Below, piece by piece: positions 1-14,736 of a stretch of DNA of 64,000 nt (position 1 is the stretch's first letter; every line of letters starts with the position of its first letter). Origin of the DNA: Amoebidium appalachense (lineage: Eukaryota > Protista > Ichthyosporea); the NCBI GenBank assembly GCA_963693365.1, contig CAVNZM010000003.1:8848046-8912045 (forward strand), written 5' to 3'. The position numbers were made by a program, and so were the translations under genes. The notes beneath the pieces were generated by a model that was not told the origin of the DNA, ran no database searches, and worked only from the letters and a program-made list of their open reading frames with translations.

Positions 1-729
1 AACGAACAAAACTGCCCGTGGGTTTATAACGGGGGATCTATTCCACATTGTAAATATCCCCCGAAAATTACCACCCGCTACCACCGCGTACGCTCCTGCC
101 GTTGCTTCCAATGCCTTTGCTTGCGTATATTTTGCCACACTTATATCTACATGAAATTCCACAGACGGGATATCCGGGGGCATATTTGAAATGTCCGATC
201 TGCAAATTCGATTGTTGACCCGCAAATCTACCACCTCTTTTCCTACTGACTCATTGCATTGGTGGGTGCCTGTGGATTGCTTTGATTGCCAATGGTCACG
301 TGATCGGCGGAACGTGGCGGAAGGAGAGAGGCAAATGATGACTCTATGGTCTCACATGCCCGGCTGTGCCACTGTGTGTTCGCGTTTTTTTTGGTTCGAG
401 TATTGTTGGGAGGGTGGGTGGGTGGATGGTGGGTTTCGGGTGGTGGTGGTGATGGTGGTTAAAAAAGGGTGGGGGAGAGGAGGGGAGGAGGGGGCGGGGG
501 AGGGGGGGGGGGGGGGGGGGGGGGGGGAGCAAAACATACAAAATTGTGTCTCAAAGGCGCCTTGGGTGAAATCAACTCATCATAGTACGGCGGAATATCA
601 TGCAGAAAATTTTAAAACGACACTCCATTGGCTAATCTAGCAACACACTTCTCTCAATAGATCCACGGGGTAATTTCCCACTCAGGGTTCCACATGGAAG
701 GGCTTCTATATCCGTTTGGAATATTAAAG

Positions 730-1312
730 TTATTTGTGATAGGATCAATATCAGGTGAAAAATCCCAGGGGGCGCTATGCGTCCCATGCACCCACATCTG
801 TGACGGTTGATTTATGGTTGAAGGTAATTATGTGCATGTGTGGATGGCGGATATCCAAGAGAAGGAGAGCTAGCATCCAGCTGGCCCACTGAACCGGCTC
901 GGACTCCTGTGCGGATATGTGTGAGGCGAGATAGTTCAATTGGGATGAAAAGGCCTAAATGAACTTGTGACATTGAATATACCAAAATTTGGAACTTTGG
1001 AAGTATTTGGTCATCATTTAAAAATCATATGAGTTGTGTATAATATTTATGCACAAGGTTCTCGTTCTATAAGGAGTGTGTGGGTGGGTGCTCGAGAGTC
1101 CCTGGGGAGGGGGGGGGGGGGGGGGGGGGGGGGAGAGGGGCTAGGATAGAGGAGGCTAAAGCGCGCAAGAGGAATGCACATGTATAGATTTGTGGAAGTT
1201 TTACTTACGCCAGAGATACCATGTAAAATTTGGATATGTTAGAAATACTCGATTACGACCTGGATATACCAAAAACACGGCTCGGTACTGCTCAGGTAAA
1301 GATTTCAAATAA

Positions 1313-1344
<32 letters not shown>

Positions 1345-1383
1345 TGTGTTTGTGTGTGTGTGTGTGTGTGTGTTTGTGTGTGC

Positions 1384-1418
<35 letters not shown>

Positions 1419-1528
1419 CGTGTGCGCGCGCGTGTCAATGTAAGTGCTGTGTGTGTGTGCGCGCGTATGTATGTGTGCCAGCGCCGGTGCATGTGTGCGT
1501 GCGTGCGTGCGTACGTGCGCGTGTGTGA

Positions 1529-1607
<79 letters not shown>

Positions 1608-1614
1608 TGTGTGT

Positions 1615-1651
<37 letters not shown>

Positions 1652-2699
1652 CGTGTGTGTCAGTGTAAGTGCTGTGTGTGTGTGTGTATGTCTGTGCATA
1701 TATGTGTCCAGGTGCATGTGTGCGTGCATGCACGTTTGTGAGTATGTGTGTGTGTGCGTGCGCGCATGTACGTGTGTCACAGTGTGCGTGTGCGTGTGTG
1801 TTGTGGAGATCAGTTGAGAAGATCAGAGGGCTGGTAGAAAGAGAGGGCATCTTGTTTACGTAATTACAAAACAAAAACACAACATACACATTAAAAGCAC
1901 GTGGTGTGTGTTTTCGTACCTTATTTCCCAGGGATACCACCATCGTTCTCATGAGGGGGATCTGGAAGGGCAGAACACCAATCAGAATGTCCGTGTCAGG
2001 TGACTGCCTGCCACTGACTGCCCGAGGAAACACAGTGGGTGACGTCACACTCATGCCTGGTAGAGACCCACGAACGAAACTGCATCTTGATATGATATAT
2101 ATATATATACTATTTATCATGATATATACTATGATGATATGTATCATAATACTATGTATATATTTTTGGACGGTGGGAAGGGGGTAGGGGAAGAGGGAGG
2201 GGGGGGAGGGGAAGGATTGGGGAATGAGAGAGGGAGGAGAGGGGGGAAGAGGATAAGGTTAAACAGAGCATTAAAAATGGACTCGACACGACCTTAATAC
2301 GGGGACAATCATTATGTGCAAAGTGCCACTCATTTCGGTTTTGATGCTCGCAAGACACATGCTGGCAAATGCATCGGAGAGCCCCCCTCCTCCTCCCCCC
2401 TCCCCCCCCCCCCCCCCCCCCCCCCTTCCACCCCCACTTGCAACACCACTTATAGTTAAATCATATGGGGGCATCAAACGGTCTACATTCGGCCAGGAGT
2501 CGTTCCACCCTTTGAAATTTCGGTCTTTTGTTGAGATTTCAGGCAATCTCAGTAGTGTGGCACCGTCCGACTTACTAATAGTATCGTTCAAACGGGCTAA
2601 TACTGAACGATTGTGCAGGCCGCATTTGTAGACCGGTCACGCCTGTTCAGTGAATCTGCTCATTTCGAGATCGCGAGGAAAGAGCTGTGCCATTTGTCC
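730..2699 (-). other. Possible exons of an unidentified spliced transcript or pseudogene
   Basis: Non-repetitive islands with minus-strand splice-like signals: (CA)n-cag acceptor before 2699; donor AAG|gtacga after 1920; a 51-nt exon 1259-1209 (ccag|...|gtaagt; RNRVFLTYPNFTWYLW); cacag acceptor before 906. I could not join these into one frame or recognise a protein. Confidence 0.25.
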
Positions 2700-2700
2700 C

Positions 2701-2734
<34 letters not shown>

Positions 2735-2757
2735 CGTGTGCGTGTGTGTGTGTGCGT

Positions 2758-2790
<33 letters not shown>

Positions 2791-3271
2791 CGTGTGTGTG
2801 TGTATGTGTGTGTGCCGGCGCCATGGCCCACTACGGTGAATAAGCCGGTGCAGAGAGTGAGGGGGGAGAAGGAAAGAGGGAGAAAAAGCGAAAAGAGAGG
2901 GGGGGAGGGGTGTGTGGGGGGAATATATATAGAGAGAGAGAGAGCCTGTGTGTGTGTGTGTCTGTTTGTTCTTTCTCTCCTTTTCCTTTATTTTTACTTT
3001 TTTTTTTTTTTTTTTGGGGGGGGGGGGGGGGGGAGGGGGAGTGGAGGGGGTAGTGGAGGGGGGATGGGGGGATGGGGGGAGGGGGATGGAGGAGAATGAG
3101 AGAGTGAGAGTGGTGAGAGATATTAGAATGAGCAAGAGAGCATCTTCTGAGCGGCATGGTGAACAATGCCGCCAACTTGAAGGCAGACGAAGGGAGAGAC
3201 AAGGAGGAAATAGAACACAGTATTGGTGGGCGAGTGGGTGGGTGGTGGTGGTGGTGGTGGTGGTGGTGGTT

Positions 3272-3325
<54 letters not shown>

Positions 3326-3541
3326 GGGGGGGGGGGGGGGAGGTTCCAGCGTTAAAAATGATGCTGCCCCCGCAAAAAGAAGACAGCAAGGAAAAAGTAA
3401 TGCCAGGACCGTTGCAGTGCCAAGCAACCTGAGGGGGAAACAGAGCAACTGCATGCCATTTCAAGGACCATGTCATTACCAAAGCCCATGGCTGCCGGCG
3501 CCTGGCACTAGGTGCTGGCTCTACTAATCTCTTGTCCTTTC

Positions 3542-3884
3542 GAACACGCTCTACCGTTAAAACCACAATCAACTTCATTGTACGATAATCTGTGACGTGG
3601 ATCGCTGGTTCACCTCCTTTGCTATGTCTTTCCCGTGGGGCTGCCTGGCACTGACACGGTCTTTTCGATTGTCTCCTTTTTGCTCGTGGGCAGTCTCAGG
3701 CTCTATAGACAGCAGAGCCTGAGACTGCCCACGAGCAAAAAGGAGACAATCGAAAAAGCGCCAGGACCTGTCAGTGCCTGGCAGCCCCACGGGAAAGTCA
3801 AAACAAAGTATGTGAAACAGCCTGATAACGTCACATATTATCGTACGGTGAAGTTGATTGTGGTTTTAACGGTAGAGCGTGTTC
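3542..3884. repeat. Long inverted repeat / foldback (~165-bp arms, 9-nt loop)
   Basis: Perfect 36-bp outer stem (3542-3577 with 3849-3884), perfect 43-bp inner stem (3662-3704 with 3714-3756), imperfect pairing between them, loop 3705-3713. Confidence 0.95.
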
Positions 3885-3889
3885 AAAAA

Positions 3890-4220
3890 CAGGAATTATT
3901 CTGCAAAAAGCAGAATTATCCTGCAAAAGCAGAATCATTCTGCCTTGCACAGAATCATTCTGCCTTGAGCAGAATTATTCTGCTTCTAGCAGAGTTATTC
4001 CGCATGCGCAAAACGCAGAATTATTCTGCTTTCGACAGCAGAATAAACTTGTTCCAGGCAGACCACTTCAGAGTCTGCTGTTTGCAGAATAATCCTGCTT
4101 TTAACAAAACAATTCTGGTTTTGCAGAATAATGCTGCTTTTGACGAATAATGCTGCTTTTAGCAGAATAATTCTACTTCTTGCTGAATAATTCTGCTTTT
4201 TGCAGAATAATTCTGCTCGG
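3890..4220. repeat. Array of ~20-bp near-palindromic units (GCAGAATWATTCTGC), two halves in opposite orientation
   Basis: Left half repeats GCAGAATTATTCTGC variants; right half repeats the reverse complement GCAGAATAATTCTGC. Confidence 0.85.
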
Positions 4221-5325
4221 AGCAAATTCGTTGACTCAGCCGATGTGGTTGGGCCCTCTCAAGGACCGTATCAGTGCCAAGAATAGACAGCAACACTTAG
4301 GAGGCGAAAGAAAACATAGAAGTGCAACATTAACAACTTTAAGTCGATCTGAAAGGTCCAGCCGTGAGTTAATTTGCCCTTTTTGTGTTATCCCGACCGT
4401 GACATGTGCTTTGTTGCAGGTATTGCCTATGTAGGCTCTGTCTTCCTACACCCGCACAGCATCATCGCGGGGTCAGTGAGGGTGATTCCAAACCCTTGAA
4501 ATATGTGAGCTACCTCTTAGAGATGGCAGTTACCTCACTAGGGCGTGCATGTAGTAGATCCACGGGCGGTACCAGCAACAACTACCACTATTCAGTGCCA
4601 TTTTGCAAGATGCATGCACATGCGCGCATCGGTCTTACACCGACGGTTTTTCGCATTTGCCCGGAGCCCTTGCCTCTCTGTGCATCCAGTACAAAAGTAG
4701 ACATACACGACATACGTACCCATATGCATGCATATAAAAAATAACGGTTCTCGTTAGCCGCGGACCACTCCTTATTTCAAATTCGTACTACATACTTGAA
4801 CCGATTGAGTTTACTATTATCACTCCCCAAATCCTTCAACATAGTGATTAGACGGTGAAAGCAAAAGTCCTAAAATCGACTATTCACCACAGAAATATAC
4901 ATTCTAAAAAGACTTTGGCTGTACGAAAACGTGCATGAAATGTGATGCTCATGGTCATATGTACAAGCACGTGCGCTGAATACAGTACTTGCCATCACAT
5001 ATGCATGGTCATTCGTTCGTGGTTCTATTGCTAGCTGCCATCTTTGGTCACTTCATTATTAATATTAGTTCTCTTCAAAGGTGGCCTTGGCAAGTCTTAG
5101 CTCAATTCATACAAAGATGTTCTACTGCAAAAAAGGAAACATCCCCAAATAACCTATCTATCAGAATGACTCAATACTCAGAAACGAATACGCACTAGCT
5201 GCGTCACCTACGTATATATCAGGGCAGTTCAACATAAGAGTATATGTAACTTACAACATTCACAAACCACGGTCGCTATTAGCCCCCCCCCCCCCCCCCC
5301 CCCTCCCTCCCCCCCTCCCCCCCCC

Positions 5326-5365
<40 letters not shown>

Positions 5366-5390
5366 CCACCACCACCACCACCAAAGCACA

Positions 5391-5482
<92 letters not shown>

Positions 5483-5833
5483 CACACGCACGCATGCACA
5501 CGCACCGCGCACGCGCACGCACGCACGCACACACGCACACACCCACACACATGCACGCATGCACGCACGGACGCACACACGAACACACCTATACACAACA
5601 AAAAAGACAGGAGAAAAAATAATAAAAAAGAAATGACCAGAAATAAATCCATCATTCATAACAATAGTTGCCACACACACAAGTGTACATCGCCCACAAA
5701 AAAAAAAAAAAAAAAAAAGAACCCCCCCCCCCCCCCCCCCCCCCCAACAAGGAAAAAAAACAGAAGAAAGAAATGGATAAACAAAGCAAATCCATCCATT
5801 CAAAACAATAACGGGGTCCCCGAAAAAACAAAC

Positions 5834-5865
<32 letters not shown>

Positions 5866-5895
5866 GCAAACATTATGATTCACAAGAGATCGAGG

Positions 5896-5938
<43 letters not shown>

Positions 5939-5945
5939 CACACAA

Positions 5946-6435
5946 TCACTCTACAGACAGTTCAGCCATCAGGACCGACAACGGGTCATTCGTAGACACC
6001 ACCCCATGGCCCCCCTCACCCCCACATGCTTTCAGTAGTGCTTGCAGTCTCTCGGCAATGGATTTTGCCCTGTGGATGCTTAAAGTCAGACGACCATCCA
6101 AATCTTCATGAAAGATCCCCCCCCCCCCCCCCCCCTTCTCCCTACTCCCTTGTTTCCTCATGAGTCAACTGAAACACTAGTCTAAAAAGAGCTTGACACT
6201 CACGAACATGTGCACATGTAGTGCGTGTGCGCACACAAACACACGCGTGGTGTCTGTGCATGTGCCTGGTCGTGTTCTGAGTCCATGTGCAGGCACGTGT
6301 TCGTGCGTGTGTTCATGCCTATGTGTGGGTTCGCACATGTTTTTTAAAACCTCGTTTTGTGCATGTGTCGAAGAGGGAAGGTTGCGTGCACCGGTAGGAG
6401 GGGCTGTTCTTTTCATTTCCCATTCTTTCTTTCTT

Positions 6436-6475
<40 letters not shown>

Positions 6476-7231
6476 GTGGTGGTGGTGGTGGTGGTGGTGG
6501 TGGTGGTGGTGGTGGTGGTGGTGGGGGGGGGGGGGGGGGTAGGGTAGTTTACTGGTTTGGCCGGTCCAATGAAGTATTGTTGACTGCAGTCACGGGTGGC
6601 CCCTCATCCTCACTATCTCCCTGTGCCTGTGCCTGTGTGTGCCAAAAACATCAGAGACGTATATGAACACAAAACGAATCAATGTCAGAGCAAAGAAAAA
6701 AAGGAAGAAGAAAAGGCTATACAAGAAGTCGGGGCATGCAGAGAGGCGGAGACACGTATATTCAGATCGTGCTCGCATGTGTGTGTGTGTGGGGGGGGGG
6801 GGAGCGGGAGGGGAAGGGGTTGGGGTTGGGCGGGCAAGGGGCGGAGGGGGGGGGGGGGGGGGGGGGGGGGCAAGGTGGAGCGAGCGGTAGGGGGGGAGGG
6901 GAGGAGGGAGAGGAGGGCAACATGGAAGAATCAGTAACAGTCGCTGATCAGGATTTCTAGGCTGGGTGAACAGTAATGATCGCAATGATATCCAAGGGGT
7001 GAGAGTTTAGCTTAAAAAAAACCAAAAAAAAAAAAAAACCAAGAGAACCAAAGATGAAAGGGATTGCTTACCGCTGCTTTACGGAGAGCGAAGTTTCTCA
7101 GGGAATCACTGAGAGGGCTGGCTAGTGATTGGTAGACGGTTGGGTTATGAGTGACGTCAGAGGGCTGGCAAAGGCTGAATATGTGGCCTATGGTCAGGCA
7201 TAGCTGTAGGTGTGTGTGTGTGTGTTGTGTG

Positions 7232-7291
<60 letters not shown>

Positions 7292-7576
7292 GGGCGCGTA
7301 CGTGTTTGTGTGGATGTGTGGGGAGAGAGGTGCATGTCAGATGTAATACTGGTTGGAAGGTGGGAAGGGGGGAGAGGGGATGGCGTGACGTTTTTAGGGG
7401 TGAAGGGAGGAGGAAGAGGGGGGGGATGGGGGGAGAAGGGGAGGGGGGGCAGGGTTCAGGAGATGAATGCTCAATACATGCATGTTGTAAGAGCTTTGCA
7501 TTAGAGTTGCTGGAAGGAGATTTTGGGCAGAGCTCGCCGTGGTCGAACCACACAAAAGGTGCGTGGCATCGTCATC

Positions 7577-7664
<88 letters not shown>

Positions 7665-7677
7665 CGTGTGCGTGTGC

Positions 7678-7723
<46 letters not shown>

Positions 7724-8147
7724 AAGGGGGGGGGGGGGGGGAGTAGAGTAACACTTACGTGGTCCACCAGGGTATCTCTGTATCGATACTCGTTCAGGTC
7801 ACAGGCCTTTTCGGCCGACACCAGTCCATCGCCAATCTCACGTACGATCTCGGTAATCGTATCCGATTCACCCAGGCTGGAAAGGAGTATGGTCGTTAGC
7901 AATTGAAAAGCCCGAAAGAAAAAAAAAGTTGGTGTGTGTGGATGTGTGTGTGTTGGCGGGTGGGGGGGTGGAGGTGAGGGGCGGAGGGGGGAAAAGGGTG
8001 GGTGGGTGCTGGAGGGGGGAGGGGTGGGGGTGGGGGTGGGGTGGGGTGGGGGCGGGGGGGTGCAGGTGGGTGGTCTCTGTCTTACTGACTCCCTCCCCCC
8101 CCCCCTCCCCCCCCCCCCCCCCTTTCTCTTTCGTTTTTTTTTTTTTT

Positions 8148-8188
<41 letters not shown>

Positions 8189-8554
8189 GGGGGAGGGGGG
8201 GGCAACCTTTCTCTAGACTCCACAGCGCTGATTGCTGTGGCGGCGTTGATGCGCACTTTGAAGTTCTGTGATGCATGAGTAAACGTATAAGTATGCAATC
8301 ACACACACACACACATACGTGCACACAGACACACCTGCACATGCACACACAAACACACATTCACCAGCCCCGTGCCCCCCCCCCCCCTCCCTCCCCACCC
8401 CCCCCCTCCCCACCACCACCACCACCACACACACACACACACACAAACCCCTCCCCCGTATCCCTCCAGGTTTCATCTCCCCTATAAACATCACCCGCCC
8501 TCCCCCCTCCGCCCTCCCTTCCCCCCCCCCCCCCCCCCCTCCCCCCCCCCCCCC

Positions 8555-8589
<35 letters not shown>

Positions 8590-10053
8590 ACGACACACGG
8601 GAAAAGCCAGAAACGACGATACATAGCCCAGAAAATACAGCCAGCAAGGGGAAAAAAAAAAACAAAAAAAAACAAAAAAACAACTGTCGTGCTGAACAGA
8701 CTGCACAACAAGCCTTCACCGTGCTCTCTATTATTAGCGCGCATGCACACAGTTCATACCTTGCAGTCACCCAGTATGCCGGTCAGACATCTGATTGCCG
8801 GCAGCACCCACACCTGATTGGTTGATGCCCGCAGAATGTGGCCAAGCCCGTGGCAGGCATTCCACCGCACCTGAAATTCCCATATATGGGTAGGTCCTCA
8901 TTTAAGGTACATCAACCCATAATCCCCTCCCTCTCCCCTCCAACCCACTCCTCTTTCTTTCCTGCCCTTTGAGCTTGATCCGCCACATTCGCTCTAACCT
9001 TGCAACCATATCTCATAAAGGTGCACACATGTTTAGAGGGGGAACAGTGAATAGAAGGAAGGACAAAGAGGAAGAACAGAAAACTATCCAGATGTTCAAG
9101 AATCCCCCCCTTCCCCCTCCCCCCCCCACGGGGGCACCCACGCACACACACACATCCAACATGCACATACACAATCTTGGCCTTTCTTAAGGCGAAAGAA
9201 GGCATGCATGACAACAATTCCCATAGACATCACAAGCGAAAATCCACAAACCGTTGAATACCCACACGACATCATACATTTTTTCAAAAAAAAAAAAGAA
9301 TAATAACCCCACCCCCAACAAACCTTCACAGGGCCATGACGGGCCGCAGCACACAACGTGCCCACGGCCCTCTGCACCACATCGAATAGTTCCGATTGGT
9401 TAACTGGCTCGTCACGTGACATCATGCCAGATGATGATGCTTTGCCCCCCCTCTGCAGAAGAACCAATAGCAAGCGGCTGTATGTTCCCAAACAACGAAC
9501 CATGTTGCAGCGCACCTAGAGTAAAGGATTCGGTGAGAACGTGGTGTGATTTGAAAACGATACGGGGATCGGGTGATCGTACAGGTACCCTCTCTCAGTT
9601 CCACACACACCACTCCCACTCCCTCTCCCCCCTCCCCCTCCCCCCTCCCCCCACACACATCTCTTCTCCCTCCTCCGCCGGTTCCTGAACGGCGTGTTTT
9701 GGTGTTTGTGTGCATCCCGCTGCCCCTTCCCCTTCCACCCTCTTGCTCTATCCCCCTCCCCACCCCCCCCCTTCTCCTCCTGCCCTGCCCTCCCCCCCCC
9801 CCCCCCCCCTCCCCCCGCCCCCCTTTCCCCCTCTCTTTTTTTCCTCACCACCCTTTGCTTTTTCATTGTGTGTGTGTCTGTGTGTGTGCAGTGCGCACAA
9901 ATCATGTTCGTGTTTTCGAAGCAGGTTAGAGAGCAAGCGAAGGCACAACACCCCCTCGAATGCACTGACACTCGACCCAGAGATTAATCGGTTGAGAGCA
10001 TCGCCCCTCCCCCCCCCCCCCCCCCTCTTTCTCCCATCCCCCCCCATCCCCCC

Positions 10054-10084
<31 letters not shown>

Positions 10085-10314
10085 AAACCGCCCATGCCAA
10101 CCTCCACTCCTGCTCCCCTCTTGGGGTTTGTCAAAAAAAAACAAGTATACAAAGACCCTCAAAGAAGCATTTATACGAGACCCCCCCAAAAATAGGTTAC
10201 AAGGCCCAAAATAAAAAAAAGGAATAGAAGACCAAAAATCCTAGGTAAACTCGACAGAGAGAAAAGGAGAGCCAAAGGATACAAGACACATGCAGTACCT
10301 ACGCGCGCGCGCGG

Positions 10315-10393
<79 letters not shown>

Positions 10394-11536
10394 CACACGC
10401 ACACACGCACACACACACACACACACCCCAACCCACCAACACCCACTCACACTCATCCACCTACACACACCATACCTTGTCATTATCTTTGTCACAAGTG
10501 TCCACCGACGTCAAAATGGATGCAACGTAGGTGGGTTTCAGACTGGACACCCCAACACACTCGTTTTCCAAGTTCCTACCGATCAAAGGAACACCCGTTA
10601 GCTCATGCTTGTAACTCTTTTGATCACGTGTACTCTTTCATACATGCTCTACCATATACTAAACCCCATATACCCTACTACTACTATGATTGTGTGTGTA
10701 ACATACCCAGGGGCATTTTTGCTTCGTCTCCGTGTGGTTCATTTGTAATTTTGTTCATCTTATTCCTATATTTGAAGGTGCTTGCTTCTGCAGCAATATG
10801 AACCTGCTGGCGTGTGCCCGTCTGTGCCCGTGTGTTGCTGGCTGTATGTGTATGTGTGATCATGTGTACGTGTGAGGTTGTACATGCACACACCCACATG
10901 AAACGTGTCGCTTTGTGTGCACATGCCTAGCGCGCACACGGTGCACACAGGCGCATATGTACATACATGAATGCATGCATGCTTGTCTCTCTGCCCTTGT
11001 ACGATTATCTGTGTTTCCACGTGCAGCGAGAACAAGCCCCTATGCATGTGTGGATCTTCTCGTGCAATGTGTGCAAGCACGCATGCCTGTGTGTCCCTGC
11101 CCCATTCATTCACGCGCGTGTGCAATCTCTCCCCATGCACGTACGTGTGTGTGCAAGCACGTCTGCAGGTATATATCTTTCCCCTGTAAGCAAGCAAGCC
11201 CTCGTGCCTGTGCAGTGTACGTCCGTGTGCACGTGCAAGCAAATAAGCACGTACATTGCAGTCACCAGTGCATCTCCGAGGTTAGCCAGTGCCCAGCATG
11301 CCCTGACCCTCACAGCCAGAACCTCATCCGAGAGGTTGGCTCGAACAGTCCCCGCCATGTCTTGCGCAAATATCACATCCTGTGTGCACATATTGTTCAG
11401 TTAGAGCTGTTAGAGTTGTTATGTAAGTGCGGGGTTCAAAGAGGTGATGGGCCGAAAGTAGTGGGAAGGGGTGGAGAAGGACAGGAGAGGAGAAGGGGGG
11501 GAGGGGGGGGGGAAGCGATGAGTGTGTTGTGTGTGT

Positions 11537-11567
<31 letters not shown>

Positions 11568-13929
11568 GGGGGGGGTTGAATGCGTCAAAAAGTACGAAGT
11601 ACACAAGAACAATCGGATAACACGATGCAGAATGCAAGCCATACATAAAGAGTATGCATAATAAGCAGAGCCCATCCTCAGGGGGGGCCCACGTCACCCA
11701 CAGTACCCGAGTTTCGACCTATTCACCTCGTTAACGAAACGGGTAGGGGTGTGGTTGTGGTGGTGGTGGTGGTGGTGGGGGGGGGGGGAGGTTGGAGGAG
11801 AGGAGTGCGGAGGGGCCACAAGTGTGTGAGTGTGGGGAGAAGTGGGCGGGGAATGGCGGGCGAGGGGGGAGGGGGGGGGGGGAAGGGTTGGGGGGATGGG
11901 GTGGGGGGGGAGGGGGGAGGGGGGGGGAGGTTGGAGGAGAGGAGTGCGGAGGGGCCACAAGTGTGTGAGTGTGGGGAGAAGTGGGCGGGGAATGGCGGGG
12001 CGAGGGGGGGGGGAGGGGGGGGGGGGGGGGGGGGGGGGGAGAGGGAACGTAAAACGCCCTTTGCAGTAAAGTACAAAGTCAGGAAGCATGGCAGAAAAAG
12101 AGAGGGCAAGAAAAAGAGGTGAAAGAAACTGTGCGGTTGTCTTTCATCCACTATCCCCTTCCCCCCCCCCCCTCCCCCCCCCTCCCCCCCCCCCCCCCCC
12201 CCCCCCGCTCCTCTCTCCTACCCACACCACCAAACCCCCTCCTCTCCCACAGACGCACTGTCCTGAAAAGCCTACCCTTGATATTCGATTGCTATCTACA
12301 CACTGCCTGCCATCCCACCCGCTTCTCTGACAACTCCCTCGGCCTCGAGACATATGTTCAGTCCGATTCCCATATATGGTCACCACGATTGGACATTAAC
12401 CAATAGAAAGCAGCAACAGCAACCCATATATAAGATGCACATACCGGCACATAATGCCATAAATGGTTAAAAACGATTTTATAGTGACCAGATAACGTAG
12501 CAACAGCAAACCAAACATGAACATGCACGAACAGAGTCCGATTGCCATAAATGGTCAACACGACTGGACATCGGCCAATAGAAATCAACAACATCAAACC
12601 ATATATGGTAATATTCACAGACCTGCCTTAAGTCCGGATACAACACCATGGCACCAAGGGCACGGCAGGCTCCAGCCCGAACCACCGGAGAGGAGTCACC
12701 ACTCAGCCCAAGGGGGAGAGCTACAAGCATGCGCTGTTGGGGTCCCTGCATGGTGTGTGAGTGAGTGAGTGAGTGAGTGTGTGTGTGTGCATGCTTGTGT
12801 GCATGTTTGTGTGTGTGTACAGGTGTGTATGCGTGGTGATAAGGCAGGTCTAGGGGGTGTAAAGGAGAGAAAAGAAGAAGTTAAGTGTAGACGTGCAGAT
12901 CATGGGGGTAATAAGGAGTGGAAGGGAGAAAGGGAGAGAGGGAAATGTGAAGAGGTGAAGGGGCAGAGGACGTAAGGGTTAGGACCTTGTATTTTTTCAT
13001 TTCCATATAAAAAGTTTGATACACAGTAAGAGTAGAGAGTGAAAGGAAGGACCAGAACCCACCCGGGTGCGCAAACATACAACAAAACAACAAAAGACCA
13101 AAGACAGGGAAACAAACCTATGCATGCGAACAGGTACACAGTGGCACGGAGGGCTATTCCGTGTGCACGCAAGTAGCATGTAAGTTAAACTTGCAAATGT
13201 GCACAGTACCAACAGGCAGAGACACGTTTCTCGTGTCCTTTCGTACATGTCTTGGTTTGCACTTGTTCAAGTGAATGACTGTGCTTGTGTTTTGTGTGTG
13301 TGAGCGCACGTCTGTGTGTGTGTGCATTTGTGAGCACATTCGTGTGTTTGTGTGGGTGTGCTAGCTTGAAAGTATTCAAGTATCACTATATGTATTCGTG
13401 CATGTACACGCACATGAATGGCAATCCGCTTGCCTCTGCCTGTGGATGTACACGAACAAAACAGTACACTACACAAAACACGCTTTAAACTGTAACTAAA
13501 CTATCTAAAAACTAACAAAAAAATTGTAACTGCGTTATACATACCCTGAGGCGTGCAAATACCCCGTGGCCCATATATGATGTGATGGTGCATGCTGCCG
13601 CCCTGACAGCAGCACTCTGGGACGAGAATAGACCCTGCAGCCGTCCACCAAGAAGCTCGGCCCACAGGCTGTTGGCCTGATAAATAGCCAATCAGAATGT
13701 CTCCATGTTTACTTTTTATGGTTGAGTCCCCACCCCCACCACCACCACCACCCCCACCCCCCCCACTCACCCCGTCCCCTCGACACACTTCAAATGGAAA
13801 ATCACCCAAAACAGCAAAAATATGATGGTATCTATCCCCCCCCCCCCCCCCCCAAAAAAAAAAAAAAAAAAAAAGTATAAATGACCCCCCTCTCCCCCCC
13901 CCCCCCCCCTCCCCCCTCTCCTCCTTCCC

Positions 13930-13965
<36 letters not shown>

Positions 13966-14267
13966 ACACACACACCACCCACCCAGCAGACACAGTTCGC
14001 ACTACTCTGATTCATCATTAACATCCCCATTTTTAAACCTTCCTCTCCATACATACATACACACACACACACACACAGACATGCACGCACACACACAGAC
14101 ACACCCAACACACCCGCATACATGCACGGGCGCATTCGTGCACACACACACACACAGCAGACACACAGATACACCCGTTAGCAGGCACAAAACCCACCTG
14201 TAATTCGAGATTTGCCACATCTGACTTCTGTCCAGCTCTGTATGAGGTAGATTTGATTAGACACCAG

Positions 14268-14298
<31 letters not shown>

Positions 14299-14679
14299 CC
14301 TCCCCTCCTCCATTCAACACTAACACAGTGTCGAACAGGAACAGGAGAATTCACTCAATCGACGTTCAAAGGATACATCAATGAAAAAGGGACCTACTGA
14401 TTAATCTAATCAGCAAAAAGATAAATTATTCAAGTATAACACCGGTGTGCAATGTTGGTGTGTTACTACGAATTCTTCTGCATGGTAGGCTTCACTCTTT
14501 TTGTGTGAGCATGTGTGTGAGGTTGAGTGGTAGCGGTAGAGTGCGCCCACCCTTCGCCTCCCCTCCACCTGTGCTGTGTCTATGGATTGATCAGTGTATG
14601 TGTGTGTGTGTGTGTGTCTGTGTCTGTGTCTGTGTGTGTGTCTGTGTGTGTGTGTGTGTGCGTGTGCGTGTGCGTGTGC

Positions 14680-14736
<57 letters not shown>

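Noticed and set aside
3890-4220. CRISPR-like array of palindromic repeats
   Set aside because: Spacers are only ~3-8 nt, repeats are degenerate, there are no cas genes, and the context is eukaryotic.
13501-13971. ORF-track frame [15 protein letters not shown] as the HEATR6 exon
   Set aside because: The alternative frame [29 protein letters not shown] fits both phase and homology.
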